From assembly GCA_001938485.1 (NCBI GenBank), contig MQRK01196200.1, positions 13,200 through 65,579 of the forward strand: a stretch of 52,380 nucleotides of DNA, given 5' to 3'. Within the stretch, counting starts at the first letter, position 1. Every line of letters starts with the position of its first letter. Below, one piece after another: positions 12,327 to 24,450 of this stretch. Both the position numbers and the translations under genes were made by a program. The DNA is from Girardia tigrina (Eukaryota). The notes below the pieces were generated by a model. That model saw only the letters and a list, made by a program, of their open reading frames with translations. It ran no database searches and was not told where the DNA came from.

Positions 12327-12965
12327 TCTACTACTTGCAATTGTAAGTAGACTATGATATACATAAAATTATATTATTATTAAAATTAAATAAATAGAAA
12401 GATCAAATTTTGAACATCGCAACTGAAAATAAAGTTTTTAGTATTAAATTGAAAATTATTAAATTTTCATAATTATTTGACTAATTTTTTGTTTTTTTGA
12501 TGCTTTGTCGATCACGCTCAAAATTTACTATTATCCACTTTTTTCACTTCTAAACAATGTCGATCACGCTCAAAATTTACTATTATCCACTTTTTTCACT
12601 TCTAAACAATGAACTTTTTTCTTTACTACCAATGCATTCAATCATGCATGCATCAGCTGCCTTTCTTGTTAAAGGACAAAGGTACTTCCGGCGTCGGAAA
12701 TAGACTTCCTTTGCTGGAAGTCAGTTTGACATTTGACATAGTCACTTTCAGAAACAATTTTTTTTATAAATGAAGAGCAATTGATACAGATAGCTCAAGT
12801 GTACTAATGTAAAAACGCAAAATTTACAATTTTTTATTGAAAACAAGAAAAATAAAGTGATTTTTTATTGTAATTTTTTTCAAGTTAAGTGTTTCAAAAA
12901 TTAAAAAATTTCCTAAATTTTAAAATGTTTTTTCATGGGCGGCTTGCCGCCTATAAACTTTCTAG
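12327..12965 (+). mobile_element. Non-autonomous Helitron (~640 bp)
   Basis: A|TCTACTACTT 5' end; GGCGGC-TT-GCCGCC hairpin at 12938-12951, then CTAG|T at 12962-12966; sits between A and T with no TSD; internal 52-bp tandem duplication at ~12507-12610. Confidence 0.75.
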
Positions 12966-13124
12966 TTATTATTTATAGTATAAAAGAAAAAAATATATCA
13001 ACATGAAGTCACTAGCTTTCAGTTTTTAAGTAAAAATTGTAATTTTTGGTTCAAAATTGATTAAAGATAATTAAAAATTATAGCATTTTTAAAAATATAC
13101 AAAACAAACAATTACAATATAAGA

Positions 13125-13985
13125 GTTATATTTAGTACACACATATTTTTCAATATGTTTATCATTAAAATTTCTTCTTTTCTGTAATTAAGAATTAAGT
13201 ATTCAGAAGCTTCATTCAACGCTAGCAGAAGAGGGTTTACATTTCATTAAAAGGCTATAAATTGAGGGGCTGAGGTTAGGGCCTGAAATATCTTTTAGTG
13301 CTAAAATATCATTTTTTGAAGCCTTGTTTCCACATAATCTTTAATATTACATTCATCCTCTCCAAAATTAAGACATGTAAGCATTTTCAATGGTGCCTAA
13401 ATTTTATATTGACTAGCTTCCATTTTAATTGAGAAAAATGATAAATTCTTGTATTCGGAGGTGATATTGTATACGGATCTAATGCTTTTTTAGCTTCAAG
13501 AACAAGAATTCCTCATCCGTAATGTTTTCGAAGATTTCTCTTATTTCAGGTAGGTTATTTGAATAATAAAGTGAAGCTTCAATCCAAAAATCCCAATGAG
13601 TGATTATTGGGGTAAGTGGAACCCCTTATCTCTTTAAAAAGTGTTCCGAGGCTTTTATTCGTCACTGTAGCAGCTTAAATTGTATCAGCGTATCAACATC
13701 TTTGTAATTTGCTCTCACTCTCATGACGGCATCATGCATAAGATGGCTTATATATGTTACATTGAAAAGATTTGGATAAAATACTTTCAATTTTTTTCTT
13801 CATGTAATCTTGCTGCATCACTGATCAAAAGAACTCAGTCATTTCTATTTATGTCGAAATCTTTGATAAACTGATCAATGGTTATTGAGACGTCATTTAA
13901 TGTGAGTGATTTTGAGAAAACAATTGATCTTACCAAATCCTGAATTGTGCGAATAAGAATATGTATAATATTCTTACCATTGAGA
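13125..13985 (-). mobile_element. hAT-family (DUF659-type) transposase pseudogene
   Basis: Minus-strand fragments LLISDAAR, YPNLFNVTYISHLMHDAVMRVR, PIITHWDFWIEASLYY, PSSASVE*SF, RRNF. Confidence 0.75.
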
Positions 13986-13986
13986 C

Positions 13987-14480
13987 ATGTCTCATACGAT
14001 AGAAGGTTGCTTTAAGGAGTTCGCCGAACAAAAGGAGCTGAATAGAAATCTCAAGCGGGATCACACGGAATTCACAGTAAGCATCCCGCTTCAGCTCTCA
14101 CAAGATATAAAACTATTCAAAAATACCAAATGCAGAAAAAATTACAAAACGAAAGGATGGTTCACGAGGCATCTGAGTTAAGATCATCGTATAGAAGCTA
14201 GGGAGAATATCAATAATATCCGACAGCATCATCAGCGCAATCTAACAGAAGAAGTTACAATCCAGACAGAGACGAAGAACACATACTCATCCAAACGACC
14301 GACTTTCAGCCAAACTATTTCAATGGTGGTGGAGCTAACGACTTGTCCCGAAGATACACATTTGCCTTTTAGGATCACAGATCCAAATGCGAGGAGAGAG
14401 TTCAAATGTCCCTTTCGCGGCTGTACCAAGTCCACCAATTCAGCCAAATGGATGCTCAATCATGGTACCGCAATCCATGA
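13987..14480 (+). pseudogene. Three degenerate C2H2 zinc fingers, probably the N-terminus of an RLE-type non-LTR retrotransposon ORF
   Basis: One frame read through a stop gives GCFKEFAEQKELNRNLKRDH, KCRKNYKTKGWFTRHLS*DH and FKCPFRGCTKSTNSAKWMLNHGTAIH. Assignment to an R2/CRE-like element is inference. Confidence 0.5.
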
Positions 14481-14637
14481 TTAGTCGTTTGCAACAGGGA
14501 AGCCCAAGAAATTTTAGAGACTGAAGCACTCTGATCCTAAGGAGGCCTATCGGGGGGTAGCTAGCACTCTTTCGTTTGGGTGGATCCTCTAAAGAGCCTA
14601 GTTGCTCAATACCATTCGAAATCGATGGGAGTCCCAA

Positions 14638-14880
14638 ATCGGAGAGACAAATCTTCATCTCAAAAGCCGGATAGTGAGCACTCCCAAATGAGTCGATCGA
14701 GTAAGGTTCTTGATAATTGATTATTGGATAGAACCTCATCCATTTCAAAAGATAAGTTTTCTGTTCTACAAAAGGGATTTGATTCACATTACGAATGACA
14801 GTTTTGTGACACTACAACCCATCAATTAACATTCAGAATGGGCAGAGTAAGGTTATTTCAATACTTAAAATTTTTCATTA
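14638..14880 (+). mobile_element. Penelope-like GIY-YIG endonuclease remnant
   Basis: IGETNLHLKSRI-SEHSQMSRSSKVLD...DKFSVLQKGFDSHYE...QPSINIQ, homologous to the Penelope copy at 46720-46980. Confidence 0.7.
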
Positions 14881-15059
14881 AGATATTTTTTGCCATTATT
14901 ACCCAATAATACTTTAATAAATTATAATATTCATTTTTAAATGTGTGTGTAAGTGCATGTAAATAATTTTCTAACCAACATCCAATAAGAAAACAGCTTT
15001 AGTAGCATACCCATTATGCTATTATTATATATAAAAGTAATTGTGTCAAGTATTTGTGA

Positions 15060-15400
15060 CTATTCCGACATGACTGGCAACCAACTTTTACCCACTCTGA
15101 GGGTACAAATTGTCGCTTTACACGACACTGAAATCTTGAACCGTGCGATTTTCATGTGATTCAATATTAACCGCGCTGCAGTAGTCGACATTCTCCGTCT
15201 TCATCAAGCCTTCGGCGCCTTTGCCTATACGAAACACAGTGGAAGGCCGCCTATCACAAGCAAGGTGACAGATCGAGTCATTTGGGATCCTGGAAGACCG
15301 ATCCATTTGCTGGTTCCTATGAGTAATGGATATTCAAGGTCATATTGATAACTCTCAATAATTCCATCATTTTCCCTTGGCCTAGAATCAATTTTCAAAA
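15060..15400 (-). mobile_element. Possible non-LTR retrotransposon C-terminal zinc-knuckle remnant
   Basis: ECR-YCSAVNIESH...FQC across frameshifts resembles CxxC..ES..H..C; weak. Confidence 0.3.
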
Positions 15401-15589
15401 TACCCATTAATCCATAAAAGATATAGATTTTTTGCTAAATTTTCTCAAAATTTTCAAAAATCTATATTATCATCAGAGAAAATGGAAATATAAAATCAAA
15501 CAAATCGGATAGCGAAAAGCCATATCGATGTATGGCTAATCTTAATAAAAATTAAAATAGAAAGTATAAATAAAACAAGTTAATAAAAA

Positions 15590-16130
15590 GTCTAGTGACA
15601 ATTTAAGTGCAATTTCCTTATGTTATTCGGTGCCCAAATATTAAAACGTTTATATCAGTATTTTACTATGATATAAAATTAATTAATTAATCCATATGAA
15701 ATTAATAGTTGTCTATTAATTATTAAAACGTTTATATAAGTATTTGAATATGATTAATTTTTTGTGACCGAACGAAAGGATATTTTTGAAAACTTTCTTC
15801 GGCAATATTGTTCTAAATTATTGCAGGAATCGATTGGTAAATGTTTCAAGTCGCTAAGTGGTCTTGTTGCCGAAATATAGGCCAAAAACTGCATTTTTTC
15901 GAGGTTTTTTGGCTTTTCCAGGAAATCAATAAAGGAATTCCGGGAATTTTTTTGACCCACAATCATCCTCCAAACTTGCTTAACATATTTGCTTTTGGAA
16001 CTAGCCCTCGATATTGCTTCGTTGAGGAGGAGATACGACTTAAAGCTGCGGACACACATCCATCCATCCATCCACACAGAAATAACCAATTAATAATCGC
16101 AATTGTCAGTATGGAAATTGCGCTAAAAAA
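15590..16130 (-). mobile_element. DINE-1/HINE-like Helentron-associated element
   Basis: Minus strand starts TTTTT-AGCGCAATTTCC (subTIR), a short internal inverted copy AATTGCG, then a (GGAT)n microsatellite. The matching subTIR AGTGCAATTTCC is at 15606-15617. Confidence 0.55.
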
Positions 16131-18285
16131 TAAAAAGTATGAATAACATTTTTTTAAATTAAAATATATTGTTCTGATAATTCTTTTTTATTAAATACTA
16201 TGAGAAAAGATATTATATGTTTGAATATGATCTTCGTTTAATATCATAACCAGAGGAGGCTTGCTTGGTTCTCGATACAATATTTATTTCATGTAATTTC
16301 GATAAAATATGTTTCTCTTCTTTCATTATATTTTTATTATTGAATAAAATATTTTTCCTATCTTCATAAGTTACATTTCTTAATCCTTTATTTTTACATA
16401 TTTCTCCTTTTTCATTTTTCTCAATTACAATATGTCTAAAGGAATAATCTTTAGATTTTATACTAATCATTTCATTAATAAATTTTACACCTCCAATTTC
16501 ATCTTTAAAATTTGCCAAATCACTATTATTATCCCAATCTTTTAATTTTTCTCTAATATTTTTATAACTATCGTAAATTTGAACAAAAAAGAATCGGTAT
16601 CAGTGTAGTGAATTTTCCCATTTCCCGATTCAAATCCCCATATTTTATCCATTCCATCCTCAGCAAATTTATACATTAAAAGTTTAGATAGTTCTAAAAC
16701 CGTAAAACCAATATATTTGAATTTATCAAATTTAATTGAGGTTTCCCTCATTTTAATTGCAAAAAGTTTCCGATTAAATTGTGTCAATGATTTATATTCC
16801 AGCCAACTTTTCAAACAATCCCCGATTGTTAACAATTCTAATATTCAAACGATTTCGAATATTCTCCAAAGTTTTTCCATAGTTGAAAAATTTCCATTAT
16901 GTTGAAAAAAAACTTGAAAAAGGAATCTCCAAATGTATTTTTCCCCGATTCCTTCCGTTTTTCAATATTAAATTCAATATATATGATTTTAACCAATCAT
17001 CTTTAAAATATGTTAATTTTCAATGGATTCGTTCTAACACCATTCCTTGTCGTAAATAGAAATCTAGCATTCGACCTTCAACAACATAATGTTGTTTATC
17101 TTCAAATGATAGTAAAAGCTTCTTTGTTCGATCTGAATGTTCGGGGAAAACCAATTTTTCATATGATGACCTTTCTTCCGGTGGTATATTAGGAAAATTT
17201 TTTTCCGGGCAATAGGGATAATATCTTGATTTTTTCTTAATTGAATCGGGATAATGTAAATCAACTTCGTAAACAAATCCATCTATTGATTCTTCATTCG
17301 ATTCTTCATAAGCTAGATCATTACCCCACTCCATTTCTCCTGTGGATAAATACTTTGTCATTGCATAGGAATATAGTGAATTGGCATCATAATACAAGAA
17401 ATAACTTTCCCGGAAATGTTTATCAAAATCGTAATTCGCCTTATCTTTCGATCGTTCAAAATCTTCTAATATCAAATCAAGTTCTTCTGCACTTATTTCA
17501 ACTTTTGTTTCAATATCTTGTTCCATATGTTGATTATGTGCGCGAGCATATCGGTCACCCAATACAGATCGAACTGTATTCTCCTTCTTAATTCTCTCTC
17601 CTCGTATTCCCGATTCGTAAAACAATAACATATCATAAGTTTCCTCTTTATAATATTTTAATTTTATATCGGTTAGTGTTATACCAGCTTGCCACATCAA
17701 ACCAGGAGTCGAATAACAATATACAGGATCTATCCCATAATTTTTCATACACATATTACGAAAATTTTCTAAAAAGTCTGCCAATAATAATAAATCTGTT
17801 TGTAAATATTTGATACATAATCTCTCTTTGTCTGGCATCCAAAATCCTCCCAATTTCGTTTTGCCACTTCATATTCTTCCGGGGAAATATTTTTATCTTT
17901 CAAAATATTAAAGAATTTATCATGAGATGGTAATTCTGTTTCCGCCAATATTTTTTCTGTCTTCATACGATTCTCCTTTTAAATAATCATAGGGAAATAT
18001 TCTTTTTTTCGGATACCATTTATCTTTTTCTTCATCATAAAATAAAAGATCATATTCATCCAGAATTTTACATTCTTCTCCTTTCAATTGATTACCACAC
18101 GATTCCAAACATCTTCCATCTGTAAATTTCCTAGCGTCTAAAAACCTTATACAAGCAATTTGAAAAGAAATATAATCTTCTAATGTTTTCGGTAGAACGG
18201 ATATTTTTATTCACCGTTCATCGCATCTTATCAATAATTATTTAATGAATAAATTGTTATCGTATTTCGTGTTATTATACATAAT

Positions 18286-19167
18286 TGTAAAAATACTAGA
18301 TCTGATATTCTCAGTTCGCAGTATTTTTATCTCTAATAGCAATACAAAAGAATAAAATTAATCTAACCCAATAGAGTTCTAAAGGAAATTGGGTGAGATT
18401 AATTCTTATGAAAGTCGAACTTAAATAATTAAATAAAACAGCCAAGTCAAAAAAAAACAAACAACAGATAAACTATTTTAATAAAAAAATAAAATAAATC
18501 ACATACACATACGTCATCAAAAAAAATAATGCTCGCAATACATAGCAGTAAATCCGTATTTATATCTTTAATATTGTAATCAATAATATTAATCGATTTT
18601 TAATCTTGAAAATTAATGAGTGTTTGCTTCGTCTGTCATGACTCAACCACAAGTTACTATCTCCAATTGTTTGTTATTTAACAGTCTTTTAACTTGTTNN
18701 NNNNNNNNNNNNNNNNNNNNNNNNNNNNNNNNNNNNNNNNNNNNNNNNNNNNNNNNNNNNNNNNNNNNNNNNNNNNNNNNNNNNNNNNNAAAAATCCAAC
18801 ATATTTAGAATATTTTAAGAATCTTCAAAGTAATACTCATCAAAGCTTTTTATCCATCCTGCATCCTGGTGACTATGTGGAACAACTATAACGAAAAATT
18901 TATCGTTTTGAAAATCTTTTTCCTCATAAACAATATCAGATCCTTGCTTCCACAGGCCACCATCAATATCAGCGAAATCCACGTCATCATAAAGTTTATT
19001 GATGTCTATATCGAAAACAGTAATATTCACAGACCAGTACACTCACACTGACTCCGAACAGTGGCGTCAACAATCAATACACAAATAACAAACAACAACA
19101 GGACGAATACGCAAACACAATACGCGACGCAATGTGTTTGATTTTGTGAAGTAGTGGGTACACTACA
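18286..19167. mobile_element. 882-bp TG...CA element (solo-LTR-like) with 5-bp TSD, inserted in PolB
   Basis: ATAAT (18281-85) | TGTAAAAA...CACTACA | ATAAT (19168-72). Removing it restores PolB IPFIMYNNTKYD on the minus strand. Confidence 0.8.
18605..19135 (-). pseudogene. MAN2A: Intron-less 5' fragment of Golgi alpha-mannosidase II (GH38)
   Basis: TM anchor VAYCVCVFVLLLFVICVLIV, then DIDGGLWKQG..VIVVPHSHQDAGWIKSFDEY; after the 91-N gap QVKRLLNNKQLEIVTCG*VMTDEANTH. The gap length fits the ~30 missing codons. Confidence 0.88.
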
Positions 19168-20479
19168 ATAATAAAAGGAATAAAATTAATTTTTTTGCTT
19201 TCAAATTACATTTGCTATGAGCTGCTCCCCGATATCGTCCCGTTAAATGATCAGGATCACGAACTTTATCTCCATGTTGTTTGAAATGTTTCCCACAATA
19301 GTAACAATGATTTGAGTTTCTAAAATCTCTATTATCTCTTGGCGTCATTTTCAATAATTTAGTTTCATTAAATATTTTTTTTATTTATCATTTACACTTA
19401 TTAAAAAATCAATAAATTGGTCGATTATATCTTTTCCCATAAATTCCTTATCGAAATTAGATTCAATTTCCGGTAATTCAGAATGAAAATATACTCCGCA
19501 AGCAAATGGTTTCTGTTTCATTATATATTTAGTTTTTTTCTGTATCTTGACAATCATCATCACTATTATCAAATTCTATAAAATTATTTTTATCATTTTC
19601 ATCATCAACTACAATGGTTTCTTCCCAGTGAAATTAAAAGATTCAAAATAAGAATACATCGCAAAAAGCGCTAAGAATACATCGACTCATCTGCGCGATA
19701 ATACGGTAATAATTTTAACCATTTCTTAATAAAAACCCAAAAAATTAAAAATATTATCAAATTGTTAAAAATGAATTTAAATTACCTATTATTAATTTTA
19801 TTTATATTTAATTAAATGCTTTTCTTTTCTTAAAAAAATATTAAACTTAATTTTAATTGTTAATTTAAAAGATATAAACTTATAAAATTATTATTTTTAT
19901 TATGTTCGAAAAGTCAATCTTTTTAAATTAAAAAAATACGAATTTCCATCTGGGTTGGAGAATCACCATTCTAAGTTCAACGTACTCAAATCAATATACA
20001 TTATCAATACATTCACACATTCAAACACTTTAAAATACTCCTCACAGTGCATATAGTTATATAGTGAACATTCGTTTGCTATTTCCTACAGTTTTATGAA
20101 AAACATTTTAATTTGATGAAAAATATTAATATTCATTCCCGTTTCATTTAAATTTTTCTCCTATCTTCGTAATTAATTACTTTGCCTCTTAAAGAGATAA
20201 GATGAGCGTAATAGGCCGGTGCTGGATAAGAAATACTTTTTATACATTCACAATTTTTTTCATCAATTCTTAGCCCAATACACTTCCGGTCCTTGCCACG
20301 GTACGGTAGCAATATATACGCCCCCTGGAATCAGAATCAGACAGAAAAAAAGAAAGAGCGATTCCCAAACCAATTTGATTGCCGAAAAATTAGATATTGT
20401 TGAAATAACGCAACTAATCAACTATATTTTCTTTCATCACTGTCTTTTGTAATCTCAAACAAAATTGCTAAAGGTATAT

Positions 20480-21473
20480 CATTTTCTTTTAAAGATGATA
20501 AATTGGTGCCATTTTTACGTCCTTTGATATTAAATCCTGTATAAAAGTTGTCCAAAACCCTCTTTATAGTAATGCGCAAAGCAAAGTAACTAAGCCATCG
20601 GCAGACTTATCAAATTGCGGTCAGAAGAGGTAAATTTATTGAATATAATTATTCAACTACATATCGATATCAGCGCCTGATGCAGAAGTTCCAAATCAAA
20701 CTTCGGTGGTTTTGTCACGATCTTAAGTGCAGCATGTGGGTTTGCATTATCGTGAAGCAATAAGGGAGTCGATCTGTTTACCAAACGCGGCTATTTTTCT
20801 TTGATTTTTAGCAACATATCTTCCAATTGGTTGTGGTAGATATCTGCTGGGATCGACAAACCAGGTTTCTTGAAGTCATTGATTATAACTGCGGTAGTCA
20901 ATCAAACACTCAACATCAGCTTCTTTTGATGACTTTGTGCGTTGTATTGTCTTATGGTGTTTCAATTGTGTTAACCCAGCTTGCCGAACGTTTGCAATTA
21001 TCATATTAAATCCACTTTTCATCACAGATGATGATTCTGTTCAAAAGTTATCAAATTTATATCAAGAAAGTATCACTAAGCAAGTATTCAAACGCTTTTA
21101 TTTCTGATTTTCATTCAACTCATGCAGAATCCATATTTATCCAAGTTTTTCACATTGCAAATTTGAACCAAGTTATTCAATATTGTTTTTGTTGTAACAC
21201 CAAATATTAGCGATAAATAATGAGTACTTTGTTATATATTCGACTCCATGGTTAATTTCAGTTCGTTCTTGTCTAAACTCAATACTGGGCAACCCAGAGA
21301 CTCATTATTGAGGTTAAAATTAACTTTCACGATTTTCCCGAACCGATTTGAGACTGTCTACTGTTTAGTAGTATTTTATCCAAATACACTATTGGTTTTC
21401 GCATGGTTTCTGATACTGAGGTTCCACACAGAAACTCGTACTTCATAATAATTCGAATTTCAGCCTCTTTCAT
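20480..21473 (-). mobile_element. Degenerate mariner transposase (cecropia/Dtmar1-like)
   Basis: MKEAEIRIIMKYEF, ICDEKWI*YDN.KRS, PRLVNRSTPLLLHDNANPH; many stops and frameshifts. Confidence 0.85.
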
Positions 21474-22523
21474 TTTTTAAAATACTGATTACTAAATTAA
21501 GTTATTAATAATTTTAATTAAGTTTTTTATTAATGTTTTCAATAGCCAATATTTTGTGAAATCATCTTGTAGAAATATTAAGTTCTAAAGAGACAGTAAA
21601 AATGTCCTATCAAGAATTTATAGATTTTCGCCTTGCAAATCTTTATTTAAATGGCCTCAACAAACTGTCGATCAAATAGGAAAAGTGTGTCGAGAATATG
21701 AGTAAATTGTATATGATATAAATGGTATAAATTACGTTTGTTAGGAATTGGCGGATTTAAAACATTTTTGAATATTTGAAAATTAAAATATATCTAAAAT
21801 ATTTAAAATCAGAATTTTATTCAGAAGAATTTTTATAATTAAAACATATTTTCTAAATAATTTTTTTAGAATAAAAAGTTGTTTCGTCATTCAAATTAAA
21901 TTAAAGAATAACTCGAAAATTTAAAAACGGAATAAAATCAAATAACTTAACTCTAAAATTAATATGATATTTAAACGAATAACGAAAGTAAAATATTTTG
22001 TTCAGAAGATTTTCAAATGATGATTAAAATAAGATAGGTTAGTAAAATATTAGGATTTTAATTTTATGAGAGTCATTAATAAAGTCGCAAATTTATAATA
22101 TTAAAATTTGTAATAAATAACGTATAAATTTTATAATTTAATTAAAATTTAAATATTGATATTTATATTTACCAATTTTGATAACTGGTTTATGCAAAAT
22201 AAGAAAACATAGTTCCTCATAAATTTGTTTGAAAAATCGTTAATTGTTATAGAAATAAATATTTTGTATTATGAACCAACAACATTAAAATATGCTAAAT
22301 TTAAGTAATATTACATAGTAGTATACGAATGAAATAATTATAAAATTTTGTAAAATTTTTATTTGTCACAAACGAAACAATCGCTGTTGAAAGACTCTAT
22401 TGAAATTTTAAACAAATAAATGAATTTGAAAATATAAAACTTTTCATTTAATTGTAACTTAATTTGCTTTTTGAAGAACTTTAAGAAACAACCGTAATAA
22501 ATAGTTTTTTATTTTAGATTCAA

Positions 22524-22980
22524 ATGCTTACAATAATACAAATATTCATTCTCTATTCAAATGTCCAACTGCATGTCCAACTGTTGTTCAGGAATATGCC
22601 ATCAAACCAGTCATCTTATTTCGATACTAATAGATCTTCCTCTTTAGCAAATGATGGGGTTTATAGTCCAACCGGATATCTTGAAATTACTAATTGTACT
22701 GCTACTATGGGTGACTCTGTGAACTACTGGCTCGTAAATCTAAAAAACCAGTGTATATTAAAATATATAGTAATATACAATAGAAATGATGAATCTGAGA
22801 CTAATATAGTTTCTACAAAAGTAAAAGTCATAAGCCAAAATGGTAATTCGACTGTTGTAGGACAAATTGAAACAGTCGAATCAGTTTATAACATCAGCTG
22901 CAACGATGTCCCGGGACAATATGTAAAAATAGAGTTTGAAAATAAATTCCTCTCTCTCTGTGAAGTGGATGTTTTTGGGG
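22524..22980 (+). CDS. F-type lectin (fucolectin/FTP) domain exon
   Basis: QSS..SSLANDG..CTAT..YWLVNL..IYNRND..C..GQYVKI..LSLCEVDVFG. Polypyrimidine-AG just upstream and a GT donor at 22981. Other exons were not identified. Confidence 0.7.
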
Positions 22981-23759
22981 GTAATATTTCATATTTATTC
23001 GAACCTCAATTAATATATTTATATAATAATAAAATATTATTTGCTTTCATTTTATTAAAAAATACAAACACATTACCAAGTGAATTAAATAATAAAGATA
23101 AAACATTTACAAACGTGAGTAAAGAACATATGAACGTTGTTTCTTTATAATTCATCAATGACCTTTGAGAAAAATTAAATAAAAGTATGTCATTTGTATA
23201 TTTATTTAGAAGAAAAGGGTCATCATAAAATATAAAATTTGATGACATTTGACATACCATTTTATGGTTAAATAATTTATTTCCTTAGTGTTAAAACATT
23301 TAAATATTATAACGAAATGGACTCAATTAATATTTGTATTTCTTAAATAACGTTTGTTATGATTTACATAATATTTTATATATTTATAATTTTGTATTAT
23401 AATTTTTGAAAGAGGCAGAGAAAGAGATTGTGATAAATAAAATGTATAATAATTTATTTTTACAACAATTTGATATTTTATTTCGAATTAAAAAAATTTT
23501 TTTTAAGAATTAAATGTTGTTTTATTTTTAAAGAGAAATAAAAAAGAAATTTCTTTTAATTATATGGTGTTCCGATCAAATGGCCGAAAAATAATTTATT
23601 TAATAAACAGTTGTTTAAATAATATGTGGGTGATGACACCTTTTTAAAAATACTATTTTAAATTTTGTAAGTTAATTTGTCTTATAATAAATGTCGGCTT
23701 TGTCATCGTTATTTTGACTTTGTTATTTTTTTAATTAATAAAAAATAACAACGTGCAAA

Positions 23760-24450
23760 ATAATGCGCCGTATTGGAGATCTCCGCGCTCCCAGCGACCG
23801 CAACAGAGCCGGAGAGACGGGTCGGGAAGCCGTCACCGACTTGTTGAGAACTCAATGCGGATCGTCGCGCCGACCGGTGGCAATCAGGCTTGAAAGGTTC
23901 ATGGCGTCCACCGAACTGGCCGATCAATTCTACCATCCGGCATCTTCCCGCACAAATAAGAGGTGCTGGCCGGCACAAGTCAGTCCGGCAGCAGGACCTT
24001 CAAATTATAATTTTATAATAAACCATTTGATCGCAGAGCGGCAGTTTGAGCACGGCAGCCACGCCCAGATTTCTTCAACTCGTATCTTGTTCTTGTTTTA
24101 GATTTTTGATTTCGGCGTAATAAATATAGCTTATTTAGATATTTAATTTTATAAGCAAACAACACACATACTGTTTCCATTGAACAAGAACCGCAGTCAA
24201 CATAATCCTCAAGAAACAAATATCTATCAGTTGATGATTTTCCACAATTTTGAAAAATTCTCATTATATCATACCAGTGACCATGAATGTCTCCACAAAT
24301 TTTAGTCGGTGCTGAAATTTCGTCAGTTTCTTTGATATGTAATCTCTGATCGGGAATTCTTACATGATTATCTTCAAATGTTTTTATAAAATAATCCAGA
24401 TTAAAAATATAGTCAAATGGTAAAGTTATCTGTTCTTTTAATTTAGACAT
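23760..24450 (-). pseudogene. PP1: Intron-less protein phosphatase 1 catalytic subunit pseudogene
   Basis: KICGDIHGHWYDIMRIF, YLFLEDYVDCG, LFAYKIKY..LLRRNQ. The GC-rich 3' half retains LPL, DLCRPAP (~DLLWSDP), GW*N-DR and QQVGDGF (~HQVVEDGY). Confidence 0.85.

Larger units (their letters stand above)
16213..19620 (-). mobile_element. Polinton/adintovirus-type protein-primed DNA polymerase B pseudogene with an N-terminal endonuclease VII-like domain
   Basis: CYYCGKHF..VRDPDHLTGRYRGAAHSKCNL; IFPYDY; YLQTDLLLLADFLENFR; YYDANSLYSYAM (motif A); YTDTDS (motif C); many frameshifts; interrupted at 18286-19167. Confidence 0.9.

Noticed and set aside
14440-14787. Minus-strand ORF with an RT-like KFLG
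   Set aside because: The plus strand is better explained by zinc-finger and Penelope GIY-YIG remnants.
22981-23150. C-terminal extension of the lectin ORF
   Set aside because: It follows a GT donor at the domain end and is AT-rich, so it is probably intron read-through.
23709-24101. GC-rich ORFs as a bacterial or HGT insert
   Set aside because: Motif remnants are colinear with the adjacent PP1 pseudogene.
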